NCBI RefSeq assembly: GCF_037042905.1
Contig: NC_087246.1
Span: 1,986,001 to 2,050,000, forward strand
Direction of reading: 5' to 3'
Source of the DNA: Lytechinus pictus
Taxonomy: Eukaryota
DNA length: 64,000 nucleotides
Shown here one piece after another: positions 12,698 through 26,530 of this stretch. The stretch's first letter is position 1. Every line of letters starts with the position of its first letter. The notes under the pieces are model-generated. The model had not been told where the DNA came from, did not search any database, and saw only the letters and a program-made list of their open reading frames with translations. The position numbers and the translations under genes were made by a program.

Positions 12698-13680
12698 CAG
12701 TGCGTATCAAAAAAAATTTACACTTTGAAAAAGCCCTGGGAATTAAAAAATATACAAGATGTGGGTAATTTTTTCACATATTATGTTGGGTTTGGGTCTC
12801 ATCTATCTAATAAGAGTAAAAGTTTTGACAGAATGTTACACTTGAGTGAGCACTGTCCATTTTTGTAAAACTCGCAGAAATCTGTTCGCGCAGAAATGCT
12901 CGTTTTCACGCTGTGTCAAGGGGAAAGGGTGAAATCAAACTTACCCTGCGAAACATTTCTCATACATTTCCCTTGCACTTTTAGTCAGTAGAAATAAAAT
13001 GGATACATTCAAGCATTTTGTAACAATTTTGCCACCCAAATTGAAATTTCAACACTTAGTAAGCACAACCTTTACCCTTTTTGTGCCAGCTGGATCTGAG
13101 GTCTGAGGACATAACTAAATCTGAATAAAAGTTTATATCAGACATCTCCAGCATTGTTTCACTAAGTTTTTATCATTTAAAGTGGGTTTACATTTCATTT
13201 TTCCTTTAATACTTGTTTCTCCACACTTTTTCCAAGCTTGACAATGATTAACAAAATAAAAATCAAGCCTAAGCAATTTCATGTAAATGACAGCTCAGTG
13301 TAAAGCAAATATCGTCGAGATGGCCTCGGTGTGTGGGGGAGTGGGGTCGGGCGAAATACACTCTTCGAAGTGTTTTGGGCAAGGAAACAAGTTAAAAGAT
13401 ATCTTCAAATCAATTTTATGAGCTAAATTCCACGTGTTCTTCATGATTAAGGTCTACTTTTATTTGCATAACTATTTCAAAGTTCTGCGCAAATCATTTT
13501 TCATGAACTTTTCAAAAGTAAGTGGTGCTCACTCAAGCGGAAATATTTTTCGACAGTTATATCGTCATTTGCTTAATTGGATCTGTATCAATGTTAAAAT
13601 GTGGAAAAATCTTCAGGATATTACAAATGTATAATTTTACAGGATTTTGTCTAAGTGTGACCTTTTTTTGATACGCACTG
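12698..13680. mobile_element. Tc1/mariner-type MITE
   Basis: ta|CAGTGCGTATCAAAAAAA ... TTTTTTTGATACGCACTG|ta; TA TSD. Confidence 0.88.
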
Positions 13681-14693
13681 TATAGACAGGTCCATATTTG
13701 AGATAAAGTTATATGCGCGCTAGACTAGGCTAGCCATAGCCTAGCCTAGCATTTTTCCCTGTCATTAATGGCAAGTTGATAAGTTTTTAAGAATTGGATT
13801 TACATATAAGCCTAGCTAAGGCCAATATAAGGGTACCGGCAATTTGAAGGGGCTGATTCATTCATGGTCCACGCGCATGCGTACTCTTATTCCGAAGACG
13901 CAAGTCATGAATATTCATATTGGCTTCCACAACTGCGGTGGGAAAAATAATTTCGCCCGCCGGGCTCCATGAAATATCTGACCAATCAGAGCACACTTCC
14001 GGTTTCGTCACTACTATGAAGCTCCGAGTTGATGCCCTCCACGTTCGTTGGTGACAAGCATAGCGGTGTCTCATCTCGGAGAGAAATGACAACATTTAAG
14101 ACAAAAGTTATGACAGTGTTCCAAAATACCGCCCCAGGTGTTCTCGAGACTCTGCTGTAGGATTTTTTTTAAGTAGAAATTTTCTAACAGTGTACAATAT
14201 TTGTGGTTAAAACAAATTTATTCTAAATTATCTTGTATTTATAAACTAGATTAAAAATGCATAGTGCAATGAACATAGGTCAACATAATAAGAAGAGATC
14301 GATATGAAAACCGGAGCAGTAATGCTCTGCCCAAATGGCATAGGCCTAACCTCGATAGTATTTCCTGATGATGTTGTATTCTGATTGCTATAAAGCCAAC
14401 GAATTATTTGATTTAATTAGGAAATTTATATCACAATGATTCATTGCTTTAGTATGCTATTGTTTTCATTTCAACTTATCCTATTATGCATGCATGCTTT
14501 AAAACGTCTTATTCAAAATGAAAATTATTTTCCTTATAGGCAAAAAATAAATGGTATTATATTGAATTGAATTATAATGCCAACCTTGTTTCTCAAAATC
14601 AGTTTTATGTAGGCCTAAGCACGGTTCATTGAGACTATAATAATTAATGAGAACCATACCGCACTCTATTTTCCCCAATACTATTTACGACAG

Positions 14694-14882
14694 GTTTTAT
14701 AGGTGAAAGGGTTCCAACCTTCTCTGGGAGAACTTTGACAATCAAGTCACATCGTTTTCATCCTAAAATGGATAGTGCTATTTTAATTGTACGTAATCCA
14801 TATCGAGCAATGGTGGCCGAGTTTAACAGACAGAAATCGAATAAGACTGGATTTGCAAAGGACGGCGTGTTCAAAACAGAAG
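14694..14882 (+). CDS. WSCD-family sulfotransferase, internal coding exon (KSH and 3'-PAPS-binding motif)
   Basis: cag|GT...GAAG|gt, 189 nt, phase 1/1; encodes GFIGE...TIKSH...AILIVRNPYRAMVAEFNR. Confidence 0.92.
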
Positions 14883-16643
14883 GTAAATGTAGTTTCTTTG
14901 GTTTTCTACCTATTTTTAAGGAGCAATTGTTTGGGAGGACGGATCTTTTTACTTCGGTTCATCTTCATTATGTTTATGTGCCGGTGTAGCAGCAGATCTC
15001 GTTCCACCGGCGGATACTCCGCCGGCAGGTATCGTTCTTTACTCGGAACCATATCTGCCGGGCTGACCCGGTTTGAATTTCTTATTATTTATTTTCCTAT
15101 TAAAATAGATAAATAAAAATGGTAGGGCCTATATAATTTTGAAGGAAATGGTTACCGTATGCATGCAGATCGAGAAACGATAGCCAATAACGATATCTGC
15201 CGAAGAGAAATTGGTTCTGAATCCGCCGGAGTCGGATCGGGGGGGGGGGCACATCAGCCGGCCGGTGCCCCCGTTTTTTGAGAGCCATAATATCAAAATT
15301 CGTAATTTAAATATACCGCTTTGTCCAAAATGTGCCCTTCTCCCTTTGGATGTGAGGATCTTTTTGGGGCTTTTCCAAATTTTCCGCGGACGAAAAGATT
15401 TTACGTGAAAACTTTTTTTCCGCTTGTCAAACTTTCGCAAGGTCTTTCAGCAGTCTTAAAGATTAGTGACATTTGTGACCTCTATGGAATGACTCCGAAA
15501 AGCTCTGAAATACCCAAAACAACATTTTCCAATTCCTCCTGGAACTCCTCGTGGACTTTTTTTTTGGGGGGGTTGGCTTCCAAGCCCCACCCCTTCTCCA
15601 TAGGCCACGCCCCAAGAGATCAGTACTTTTGATTATGACTGCCATAAGCTATATAGTGCATTTTAAAATTTCGTCTATTTTTCCCACAAAAGAATATGCA
15701 CAAAAAGTTGATTTGACTAGAAATCGTCATCGCGACTTCCCTTGAAAATAATACCCTCAACCATTATCTATATCATCGAGAATACATTTAGTCAGGTACA
15801 AATGATCAGCAAAAAGCTGTTTTTCATCAATGACCCGATTTAGATTTTTTTTTTACTTTTAGATTGATTTATTTCCACAATCTGGTAAAAATACAGGTAC
15901 AATAGCATAAAAAAACACATGATGAAAACAGAATCAAGATTACAACAAAAATCATCAATATTATACATGTAATTAAAAATAAAATTTTAAGTTGTTATCT
16001 AGGAAAAGTTTAGTAACAAATATTTTTACAATGATAACATGAAAATTACTAAAGAACGGAAAATATATAGACATAAACTACAAATCGTATGAAAAACACT
16101 GAAATGAAAGTAATGAACTAATTAGGGGCACTATAGGAAATTTGGTGAACAATAACTACAAAGTGTGTAAAACAATATAAACAGTGTAAGATAATACAGT
16201 ATTGAATTAAAAATGCATGGCCAGTTAGAATACTATCCAACATATTAACTGGGTAAATGTTACAAACTCATTCACTAGTGCAACATAATGCAAATAATAC
16301 AATTCTCATAATGAATAAAATTGATGTGAAGAATGGGATTAAAAAATTTGAATAATTTAAATTCCAGATAACAAATAAAGGTATACATAAATATTTTCAA
16401 ATCTATACTAATGAAAATATGAAGAAGTTCAGAATACTACTACTACTACTAATAGTAAACATTCCTGCTAAAAATTTATTTTGAATGCTTCCTGAATTTC
16501 TGTTTCACCTCACTTTGTTATTATGCAATCTATAAATTACAAGATCAAATATTTTGGTAGATTACATTAGGCCTACCTTAGTTTTTGTAGCAGTGGTATA
16601 CCAGCCAGGGGGTAGCCTATGGCCCTATCTAATTATAATTGTG

Positions 16644-17663
16644 CAGGGGCGGCGATCCTGGGGGGCACACTAGTTCCCCCACATTTTTTGAACCACTGAA
16701 AAAGTGCCCTTTTTTACGCAAGAAAAATGTCCCCTCATGAACGTGTACTGTGCCCCTTTCACCTGAGGAGGACCCGTTTTAGGTGTTACCAAATGCCCTT
16801 TCCCGTATAAGTGCCATTAAAAAAAATGTGTCATCACGAACGGGTTCTGTGCCCCTTTCACCTGAGAAGGACCCGATTTATGTGTTAGAGTGTGCATGCA
16901 ATTTCTCGAATCAATTTTTACCGAAAAATGCCCCCTCACGAATTCACCTGAGAAGGACCCATTTTATGTGTGAGCAAGTGCCCCTTCTCGAATCAGTGCC
17001 CAGTTTTCACAAGAAAGGTGCCCCTCACGAACGTGTTCTGTGCCCCTTTCACCTGAGAAGGACCGTTTTATGTGCGAAAAAGACCCCATTGCCTTATTGT
17101 AAGTGCCCTATCTCGTATCAGTCCCCCCTTTAAAAGTGCCCCACACGAACGTCTTCTGTGCCCCTTTCACCTGAGAAGGACCCATTTTACGTGTTAACGA
17201 GTGCCCCTTTGAAACAAGAAAACAATATTCTAATTTTTATGATTATGTTAATAGAAAACTTGTAAGAATAATTCTACATGCCTTAACCTTCATGAGTCAT
17301 GTGAGTGGGGTAGATGAGCATAGGCCCCTCGCCAAATTTTTCACGACCAAGAAAAAAAAAGAGAAAAGAAAAGAGAGTAGGGTGAAATATGATATTATTT
17401 TTTTAAATATTAGTTGTCAAAATCTATCACAAAATGGGATTTCGTTATAAAAATGTCAATTGTTTTCCTCGCTCGCAGCTTCTTTTGAATTTACGTGACA
17501 CGATATATCTAGCCCCATCAAAATATTTGCCCCATTACGCCACTGTATATATAAGTTATATTTTCTTTTTGTTTTAAGATGCCCTTTAAGTGCCCTTTTC
17601 AAAAGAAAAGGTGCCCTTTTTCCGTGTGCTCCCCCCACTTTCAACTTCGCTCCACCGCCCCTG
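16644..17663. mobile_element. hAT-type MITE with internal tandem repeats (GTGCCCCTTTCACCTGAGAAGGACCC units)
   Basis: taattgtg|CAGGGGCGG ... CCGCCCCTG|taactgtg; 8-bp TSD with one mismatch. Confidence 0.75.
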
Positions 17664-18039
17664 TAACTGTGTATTATACTGATGTATATAGATACGGGCT
17701 CTATAAGCACCGGATAGTTTAAAGGCTAAGAAAAAAAAAATAGGTGAAAAGGGTGAGTTAGATATTATCTGAATATTATATCACGTCAGATTTACTTTTC
17801 ACATTTAAAAAAATCTTTTTTCGCTCTCGACTTCATAATTAAAAATAACAATTTTGTCCAATCCGCAATATTGTGCCCCATAAAGACGTTGACTCATTTC
17901 CATGTAATTTATTTTCCATGGATATTTTGATCATAATAAAAGCAACATTATGTTTCTAATCTGCATTTGAAACTTGTGGCTAATAGTGAAATTGAGAAGG
18001 CTCTCATTACACGTCAAGGTAAACCTATTACTTTCTTGG

Positions 18040-21000
18040 GTTTATTTCCAATTCGTTTAATGCTAATTCGTCCAATTGCCAACTCGTCTACTATCATTTG
18101 GTCTACCATAGTTCGTCCACTCACCACGTGGTCTACTTTCATTTAGTCTAATGCCATTCCGTCTGTCACGAGCGAAACTGCTCTAATTAACTCATTAATC
18201 TACAGGCTACTTAACCACCCTGAATAAAAGACCAAAGGATATTCAAGATATAAATGAAGTGATCAATTTAATGTCATAAAATATAATAAGCCATTAACAT
18301 TGAATCGTTGAGAACATAAGTATATTGGCAAATGGATATTCAATAAATCTTTGCATATAAAAATCATAAAATGCCATATATGCATAAGATGAATATAATC
18401 ATCATCGATTGTTTATGGGAAGAGATCGATCTAAAAATAGGCCTTTAAATTATGTTACCGAAAGTCTTAATCGGGTAAAGTGGAGTTCGAAAAACAGAAG
18501 AGATCGACAAACCACGGCGACTACGAAGAGGCGACGATTACGACGAAGAACATGTCGATGATCGATGACAACGAAGAACAATTATGGGACGATGAAAACG
18601 CGACGCACATCATCAGCGAAGACACGTGTCCTTGAAGAACGAAGAACCATAGTTGAGTTGAAGCTCTATAACTAGGAAGAATTATGGTCGAGTCCGACGA
18701 CAGAAGCTTCGGCTGACTGAAGTGAGTCATTCCCCTCTGTGACTCATGACCTTGACATAGCGGGTATAGGTGCTACCCTGACCTACGTACGTTGACTCTA
18801 CATTAACCCTGGGTTGACCCTAGGTTGACAGCCGCCTAAAATAGGAATAGACCAAATACTTAACAGCAAAGACCCTAACAATTTTCTATTCACAAAGATG
18901 TCAGCTTATCGAAATTAGCTGTCATATTATCAAAGTAAATAAATAACAAGCTTTTATTAGCATGAGCTTTGTGATAGTCAAAAATACATAACAGTGTGGA
19001 GAAATCTAATATAATTAACTTTCTCTCTGAATCGTAGATCGATTATATAATTGACTTTAACAGACTTGCAAAATACGTTTCCTTCACCGGAGGTATCACA
19101 TGAAATATTCATAATTTGCAAAACAAGCTTTTTATAAATGACACAGAATTGTACGACTTTAAATAGCAAAATACAACTTTGTTCATTTTAGTAAGGATAA
19201 TTGTATTCACTTTGAGGAATGGAGTAAGATAAGAAATATATGTAATTTGGTGACAAAATGAGCAGAATATATATATGTAAATCTATCTTTCTTTCCGAAA
19301 ACAGACATGCCATATTAAGCATAAGAATTGTATTAACATTAAAACCATATAAACCAAACATTACTTACAATTCGGCATGAGTAGAAAGGAACCTGCCCGC
19401 ACTGTGGCACACGCCCTTTTCCTTGGTTAGGAAACACACCAAAACGGACCTTCCTCTGGTGGAGAACCTGGGTAGTAAATTACTGTGCTATATAGTGAGC
19501 ATATTAATATTTCACATTTATCCTGCGAATCATATATTTTTACACATTGAATAAGATTAAACTCATTTCTGGAAGAAAATCAGAGCATTTTCTTTAAATT
19601 GGGGAGTAATTGTAGGATCTTATTCAAAGTTAGATAACCCTTTTGTTAAAGTCCATGTTTTGTTAAACTCTTTTGTTAAACTCCATGTACAGATGTGGAC
19701 TGCATACCTTAGTAACTGAACTATAGGCATGATAGGTTGCCTGGTATTTCAACAGGCTGGGTTGTCATAATAAGTAGACTATAGGTTAACAGGTGTGTAG
19801 GATGACAGACTCTTTGTGTTACATATTTCTGTTTGGTGTGCTGGCAAGAAAAGCCAAGCCAGCTCACTCTGACTTCTGATTTTGGAGAGGAAGGTCCGTT
19901 TTGGGGTGCTTCCTAACCAAGGAAAAGGGCGTGTGCCACAGTGCGGGCAGGTTCCTTTCTACTCATGCCGAATTGTAAGTAATGTTTGGTTTATATGGTT
20001 TTAATGTTAATACAATTCTTATGCTTAATATGGCATGTCTGTTTTCGGAAAGAAAGATAGATTTACATATATATATTCTGCTCATTTTGTCACCAAATTA
20101 CATATATTTCTTATCTTACTCCATTCCTCAAAGTGAATACAATTATCCTTACTAAAATGAACAAAGTTGTATTTTGCTATTTAAAGTCGTACAATTCTGT
20201 GTCATTTATAAAAAGCTTGTTTTGCAAATTATGAATATTTCATGTGATACCTCCGGTGAAGGAAACGTATTTTGCAAGTCTGTTAAAGTCAATTATATAA
20301 TCGATCTACGATTCAGAGAGAAAGTTAATTATATTAGATTTCTCCACACTGTTATGTATTTTTGACTATCACAAAGCTCATGCTAATAAAAGCTTGTTAT
20401 TTATTTACTTTGATAATATGACAGCTAATTTCGATAAGCTGACATCTTTGTGAATAGAAAATTGTTAGGGTCTTTGCTGTTAAGTATTTGGTCTATTCCT
20501 ATTTTAGGCGGCTGTCAACCTAGGGTCAACCCAGGGTTAATGTAGAGTCAACGTACGTAGGTCAGGGTAGCACCTATACCCGCTATGTCAAGGTCATGAG
20601 TCACAGAGGGGAATGACTCACTTCAGTCAGCCGAAGCTTCTGTCGTCGGACTCGACCATAATTCTTCCTAGTTATAGAGCTTCAACTCAACTATGGTTCT
20701 TCGTTCTTCAAGGACACGTGTCTTCGCTGATGATGTGCGTCGCGTTTTCATCGTCCCATAATTGTTCTTCGTTGTCATCGATCATCGACATGTTCTTCGT
20801 CGTAATCGTCGCCTCTTCGTAGTCGCCGTGGTTTGTCGATCTCTTCTGTTTTTCGAACTCCACTTTACCCGATTAAGACTTTCGGTAACATAATTTAAAG
20901 GCCTATTTTTAGATCGATCTCTTCCCATAAACAATCGATGATGATTATATTCCTCTTATGCATATATGGCATTTTATGATTTTTATATGCAAAGATTTAT

Positions 21001-21478
21001 TGAATATCCATTTGCCAATATACTTATGTTCTCAACGATTCAATGTTAATGGCTTATTATATTTTATGACATTAAATTGATCACTTCATTTATATCTTGA
21101 ATATCCTTTGGTCTTTTATTCAGGGTGGTTAAGTAGCCTGTAGATTAATGAGTTAATTAGAGCAGTTTCGCTCGTGACACCGTCTAATAACCAGTTGGTC
21201 CAATAGCCTTTTAGTCTATATGCCATTTGGTCTAAGTGGACTAAGTGTTATTATTGTGCAAAATGAATGAAAATAAAATGGATATTAGACCAACTGGTTA
21301 TGAGACGAATTGGTCACAGACGAAATGGTGATTAGACGAAGTGATGATTGGACCAAATGGTTAATGGACCAAATTGTTGTTAGACAAAATGTTGATGGAC
21401 GGAATGGCATTAGACTAAATGAAAGTAGATCATGTGGTGATTGAACGAGTTGGCAGTAGACGAATTGGCAATTTACCC
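18040..21478. mobile_element. Foldback MITE built from TAGACCAA/TTGGTCTA tandem units, split by the 18164-21179 insertion
   Basis: 18133-18163 is the reverse complement of ~21398-21429; the same repeat units occur on both sides of the insertion and again at 26150-26530. Confidence 0.7.
18164..21179. mobile_element. Non-coding 3016-bp foldback with 1294-bp arms, TG...CA termini and 5-bp TSD (integrase-type; unclassified)
   Basis: ccgtc|TGTCACGAGCG ... CGCTCGTGACA|ccgtc. Arms 18164-19457 and 19886-21179; mirrored identical ORF-track peptides (18521..18730- = 20613..20822+; 18978..19169- = 20174..20365+). Confidence 0.93.
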
Positions 21479-21551
21479 TTTCTTGTGCATCTTTCTAAGC
21501 CAATACTCTGTCTGAAGATATGCAATCAATATTATTCACTTCTTAATACAG

Positions 21552-21934
21552 GATGGAGTAATTTCGTCAAGAATCAAGCCCCAAAATGGTTTAAGCTCTA
21601 CGAGAGATACATCTTAGAATGCAACCACTTGGGCCACACCTGCAAGTCGATGTTAATCGTGTACTATGAACAACTCCAACTTCACCTTAAGGATGAACTG
21701 CGACGAATATTGAATTATCTTAACGTAACGATTGATGAAGAAAGACTTGCATGTACAGTAAGAAATTCAGAGGGACAATTTCACAGACCAAAGTTGAATA
21801 AAACACTGGATCTGTTTTCACAGGTAGACAGGAGTCCCGTGGAAGAATCTTTGAAAAAATATCTTGAATTGATTAAACAAGAGGGCTTGGAGAAACCACC
21901 ATTAGAACTAAGCTCATTTCCTAATGATATATAA
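21552..21934 (+). CDS. WSCD-family sulfotransferase, last coding exon
   Basis: acag|GA TGG, phase 1; encodes WSNFV...LIVYYEQL...ELRRILNYLNV...ERLACTVRNSEGQFHR, typical of the WSCD C-terminus; TAA at 21932-21934. Confidence 0.9.
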
Positions 21935-21992
21935 TTGTAGAACCAAGGCATTTTATAGGGTTTTTTTTTTCCACCAGGGTACATAGTCTTAA

Positions 21993-22605
21993 AGGTCAAG
22001 TCCACCTCAGAAAAATGTTGATTTGGATCCATAGAGAAAAATCAGACAAGCATAATGCTGAAAATTCCATCAAAATCATGAAAATCGGATGTAAAATAAT
22101 AAAGTTATGACATTTTAAAATTTCGCTTATTTTTCACGAAATAGTTATATGCACAATTTAGTCAAATGCAAATGAGAGAATCGATGATGTCCCTCACTAT
22201 TTCTTTTGTTTTTTTTATTGTTTGGATTATACAATATTTCTATTTTTACAGATTTGACAAAAAGCATGATAAGGACCAACTTGACTGAACCATAAAATGT
22301 TAACCAATGGTAATAAAGTTCAGGGAGAAATAAAACTTTGTTTCACAGGACAATGAGGAGAAAATTGAAATATTTCTTATTTCATGAACTAATATACAAA
22401 AGAAATAGTGAGTGAGTGATGTCATCACCTCATTTGCATACTGGCCAGGATGTGCAGAGTATACTGTTATGTGAAATTAAACGAAACTTAAAAATGACAT
22501 AACTTTGTTATTTTACATCCAATTTTGATGAAATTTTCAGTGTTATGTTTGTTGGATTTTTCTCTTTTTATTCAAATCAACTCTTTGTTGGGGTGGACTT
22601 GTCCT
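21993..22605. mobile_element. Kolobok-type MITE
   Basis: ttaa|AGGTCAAGTCCACC ... GGTGGACTTGTCCT|ttaa; second copy in opposite orientation at 47144-47739. Confidence 0.8.
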
Positions 22606-24162
22606 TTAACATCGACAAGTGGTCATGACCACCCGCGTAGCCAGGATTTAACTTTGGAGGGGACGATAAGTGACCGCGAAGCGTGCCAACACTAGAGGGG
22701 GGAGATCAGCTCGAATTCAATTGACTTGGTGTGGTTGAAAAAAAAATTATGTACGCTCCAAAAGAGGAAAAGTTTTAGGGAAATTGAAATGTTCCTCTTA
22801 AACAGTTTATAAAATAATTGAGAAGAGAAAAGGGCATTCACTTGACATATTGAAACAACAGTTTCGACATTCGCGACCCCAAATAGAAACTAAAAAGAAA
22901 CTCAATAGATGCTGCTTATGGGTCATTGATTTCGTTAGTTGTATTTTTCTATACATACATGTATTATATCACTATAGGCTTATTCCTCCATTGCACTCAT
23001 CATCAAAAAAAAAAATCTGTTTTCAATATCAGTTGTCTGTATATTGTCGAGGCACATTTAATTGATTAGATTCGTGTACTTGCACTCTGAAAATGAGTTG
23101 TTAAATCAACATGAGAAAGGTTGTAGGAGTGACAACCTTTTCCAAATGTTATATCAAACCTTGTATAAAGCTGAATCCATCATTTTAAGTGTTGGCTCGA
23201 ACCATTTAAAGCGCCAAATCCAACATTTGGAAAATGTTGTCACCCCTCCAACCCACTTGCGGATCCAGGGGGACGGGGGGGGGGGGGGACACATCCCACC
23301 CGTGCCCCCTCCCTTTGAGAGGCATAATCAGAATTTGTAGTGTAAAATGCCGTACTAACACAAATGTGCCCCCCCCCCCTTTGAGAGCGAGGACCTTTTT
23401 TTTTGCTTGGGAAATATTCCGTGGACGAAATGACCTTTAATTTTGGGTGAAAACTTTTTCTTTTATTTTCTTTTTTTTTGCTTGTCGAATTTGCCTTGGA
23501 AGAAATAACCTTAATTTGGGGTGAAAACCTTTTTCATTCTGTCGCTCCACAGGCTGTTTGAGCGGAAGCAAATCTAACGATTCGTGGAACTTTCTACAGC
23601 AAAATAATCATTTTTTTAAATAGGAAAGTATTTTTCTTCTGGAAAAATATGTAATTGAGCTATAACTGTCATTGTTATATGTTTAGAAAATATGTTCTAA
23701 GACTTAGGCCAGTGTATTCAGCTAACATTTCAACAGAGAATATCAAATGTTAAGATATAAAATCATCTTTCCAAATGTGGCGCCCTCGTCGGGGCAGATA
23801 TAACACCATGTTACAATTGCCCCTGGTACTTTATAAACTGTTAAATCTAAAGCTCAGAATAGAGAATTGCATTATTGGAACGTATCTGACAATCATTATG
23901 TTTACAAGGAAAGAGTAGCCTTATTTATAAATTTGGAAATAAGATTTACATATGTGTACATGTAGCTTTGAACATGTCTGTCAAATTATATTTATTAATA
24001 CGCAAAATATGAATTTTGTCCATTAAAATGTGTGTATCATTTGGGTTTCATTGTAATCAGAAACTTCAGTGTTAATGGTTATTTCTGTTTTTCAAATTAA
24101 TGGAATTGGATACACTTTTCACACTATTATCAATCTTGTGTGAGATTATTCATAGTTATAAA

Positions 24163-24430
24163 CAGTGGCGTACCTAGGATTTTCCACAGGGGGGGCAAAA
24201 CCGTCCGCCAAAAAATTTACAAGCCAAAAAAAAAAAAAAAAAAAAAAAAAAGGTCTTCAAGCTCGCCAGGGGAGGCAAAAAAAGTTCTTCAACCTCGTCA
24301 GGGGGGGGGGCAAAAAAAAAATTTCAAGCTCGTCAGGGGGGGCATGTATACGTTTTTTGCATTGGTTGTGACTCGTCAGGGGGGGGGGCAGACTGCCCCC
24401 CCCCTGCCCCCCCCCGTAGGTACGCTAGTG
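24163..24430. mobile_element. hAT-type MITE
   Basis: gttataaa|CAGTGGCGTACCTA ... TAGGTACGCTAGTG|gttataaa; perfect 8-bp TSD. Confidence 0.85.
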
Positions 24431-24781
24431 GTTATAAAGATATACCGGATTTCTGCAATATTACGTTCATGAAAACCACCGTTCCCTGTGTTGAAGCTGT
24501 GTGTGTGGACTTTCGGACACTCAAATGCATGCGACTAACCATTATGTTATGCTTGTCCATTTTTTTCTGGTACGAAATCCTTTATTTGTGGTTAAAGATC
24601 TTTTTTTTTTTTTTGCTTGTCAAATTTTTTGGCGGACGAATTTGCCCCCCCCCCCCTGTGGAAAATCCTAGGTACGCCACTGCCAGTAACCACGTCAGTT
24701 CAGTACAGCAACCACGTCTGAATTCAGTACAGCAAGCATGTATATTTGGAATTCACGTCTGGATCCACAAGACTCTACCTG

Positions 24782-25917
<1,136 letters not shown>

Positions 25918-26149
25918 TACCTGAAACATTGCCAAGTTTAATTCCCCATGACACTGAGTAAGATCGTGATTTCGCGTGCATTCATTGTGTAGCTGGAGCG
26001 CCATCGCATACTCCCTGTCAGCAAGGTAATGCATACAGGAAGTCGGACCGATGTAATGAATCGCGAGCTCAATAACCACAAACCAAACGCTTAGTTTCAG
26101 TTGAACCGACCGTTTTTGTCTCTCGGGTGATAAACTGATGAAGTGGACA

Positions 26150-26530
26150 TTAGACTAAATGGAAATTAGACCAAGTGGAAATTAGACCAAACGGTCATTA
26201 GACCATGTGACAATTAGACGAAATGAAAATTAGACCAAGTGGAAATTAGCCGAAGTCGAAATTAGACCAAGTAGTGTTAGACCAACTGGAAATTAGACTA
26301 AATGGTTTTAGTCCAACTGCTCATTAGACGAATTGGATATTAGACCAAGTGAGAATTAGCCCAACTGGTTATTGGCCCAAATGAAAATTAGACCAATTGG
26401 ATATTAGACCAAGTGGGAATTAGACGAATTGGATATTAGACGAACTGGTTGTAGACGAAATGAGTTTAGACTATGTGAAGTTGGACAAACTGATAAGTAG
26501 ACCAAGTGATATTAGACCATCCGATAATTC
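26150..26530. repeat. ~21-bp tandem array (ATTAGACCAAGTGGAA-like), arm of the same family as 18040-21478
   Basis: Direct reading. Confidence 0.8.

Larger units (their letters stand above)
9999..13965. mobile_element. Unclassified TIR element (~300-bp arms) hosting nested MITEs
   Basis: 10001-10319 is the reverse complement of 13683-13963, with the outer ~90 bp nearly identical; a third direct copy of the terminus lies at ~9607-9720. No clear TSD found. Confidence 0.65.

Noticed and set aside
18521..20822. Identical duplicated short ORFs (69 aa and 63 aa) as genes; similar pairs in A1 and A2
   Set aside because: They only mirror the inverted arms and have no domain motifs.
18164..21179. DIRS or Polinton assignment for the 3-kb foldback
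   Set aside because: DIRS elements make no TSD; Polintons typically have AG...CT ends and 6-bp TSDs. Here the ends are TG...CA with a 5-bp TSD.
21419..21551. N-terminal part of the 171-aa ORF as coding
   Set aside because: It is MITE and intron sequence upstream of the acceptor at 21551.
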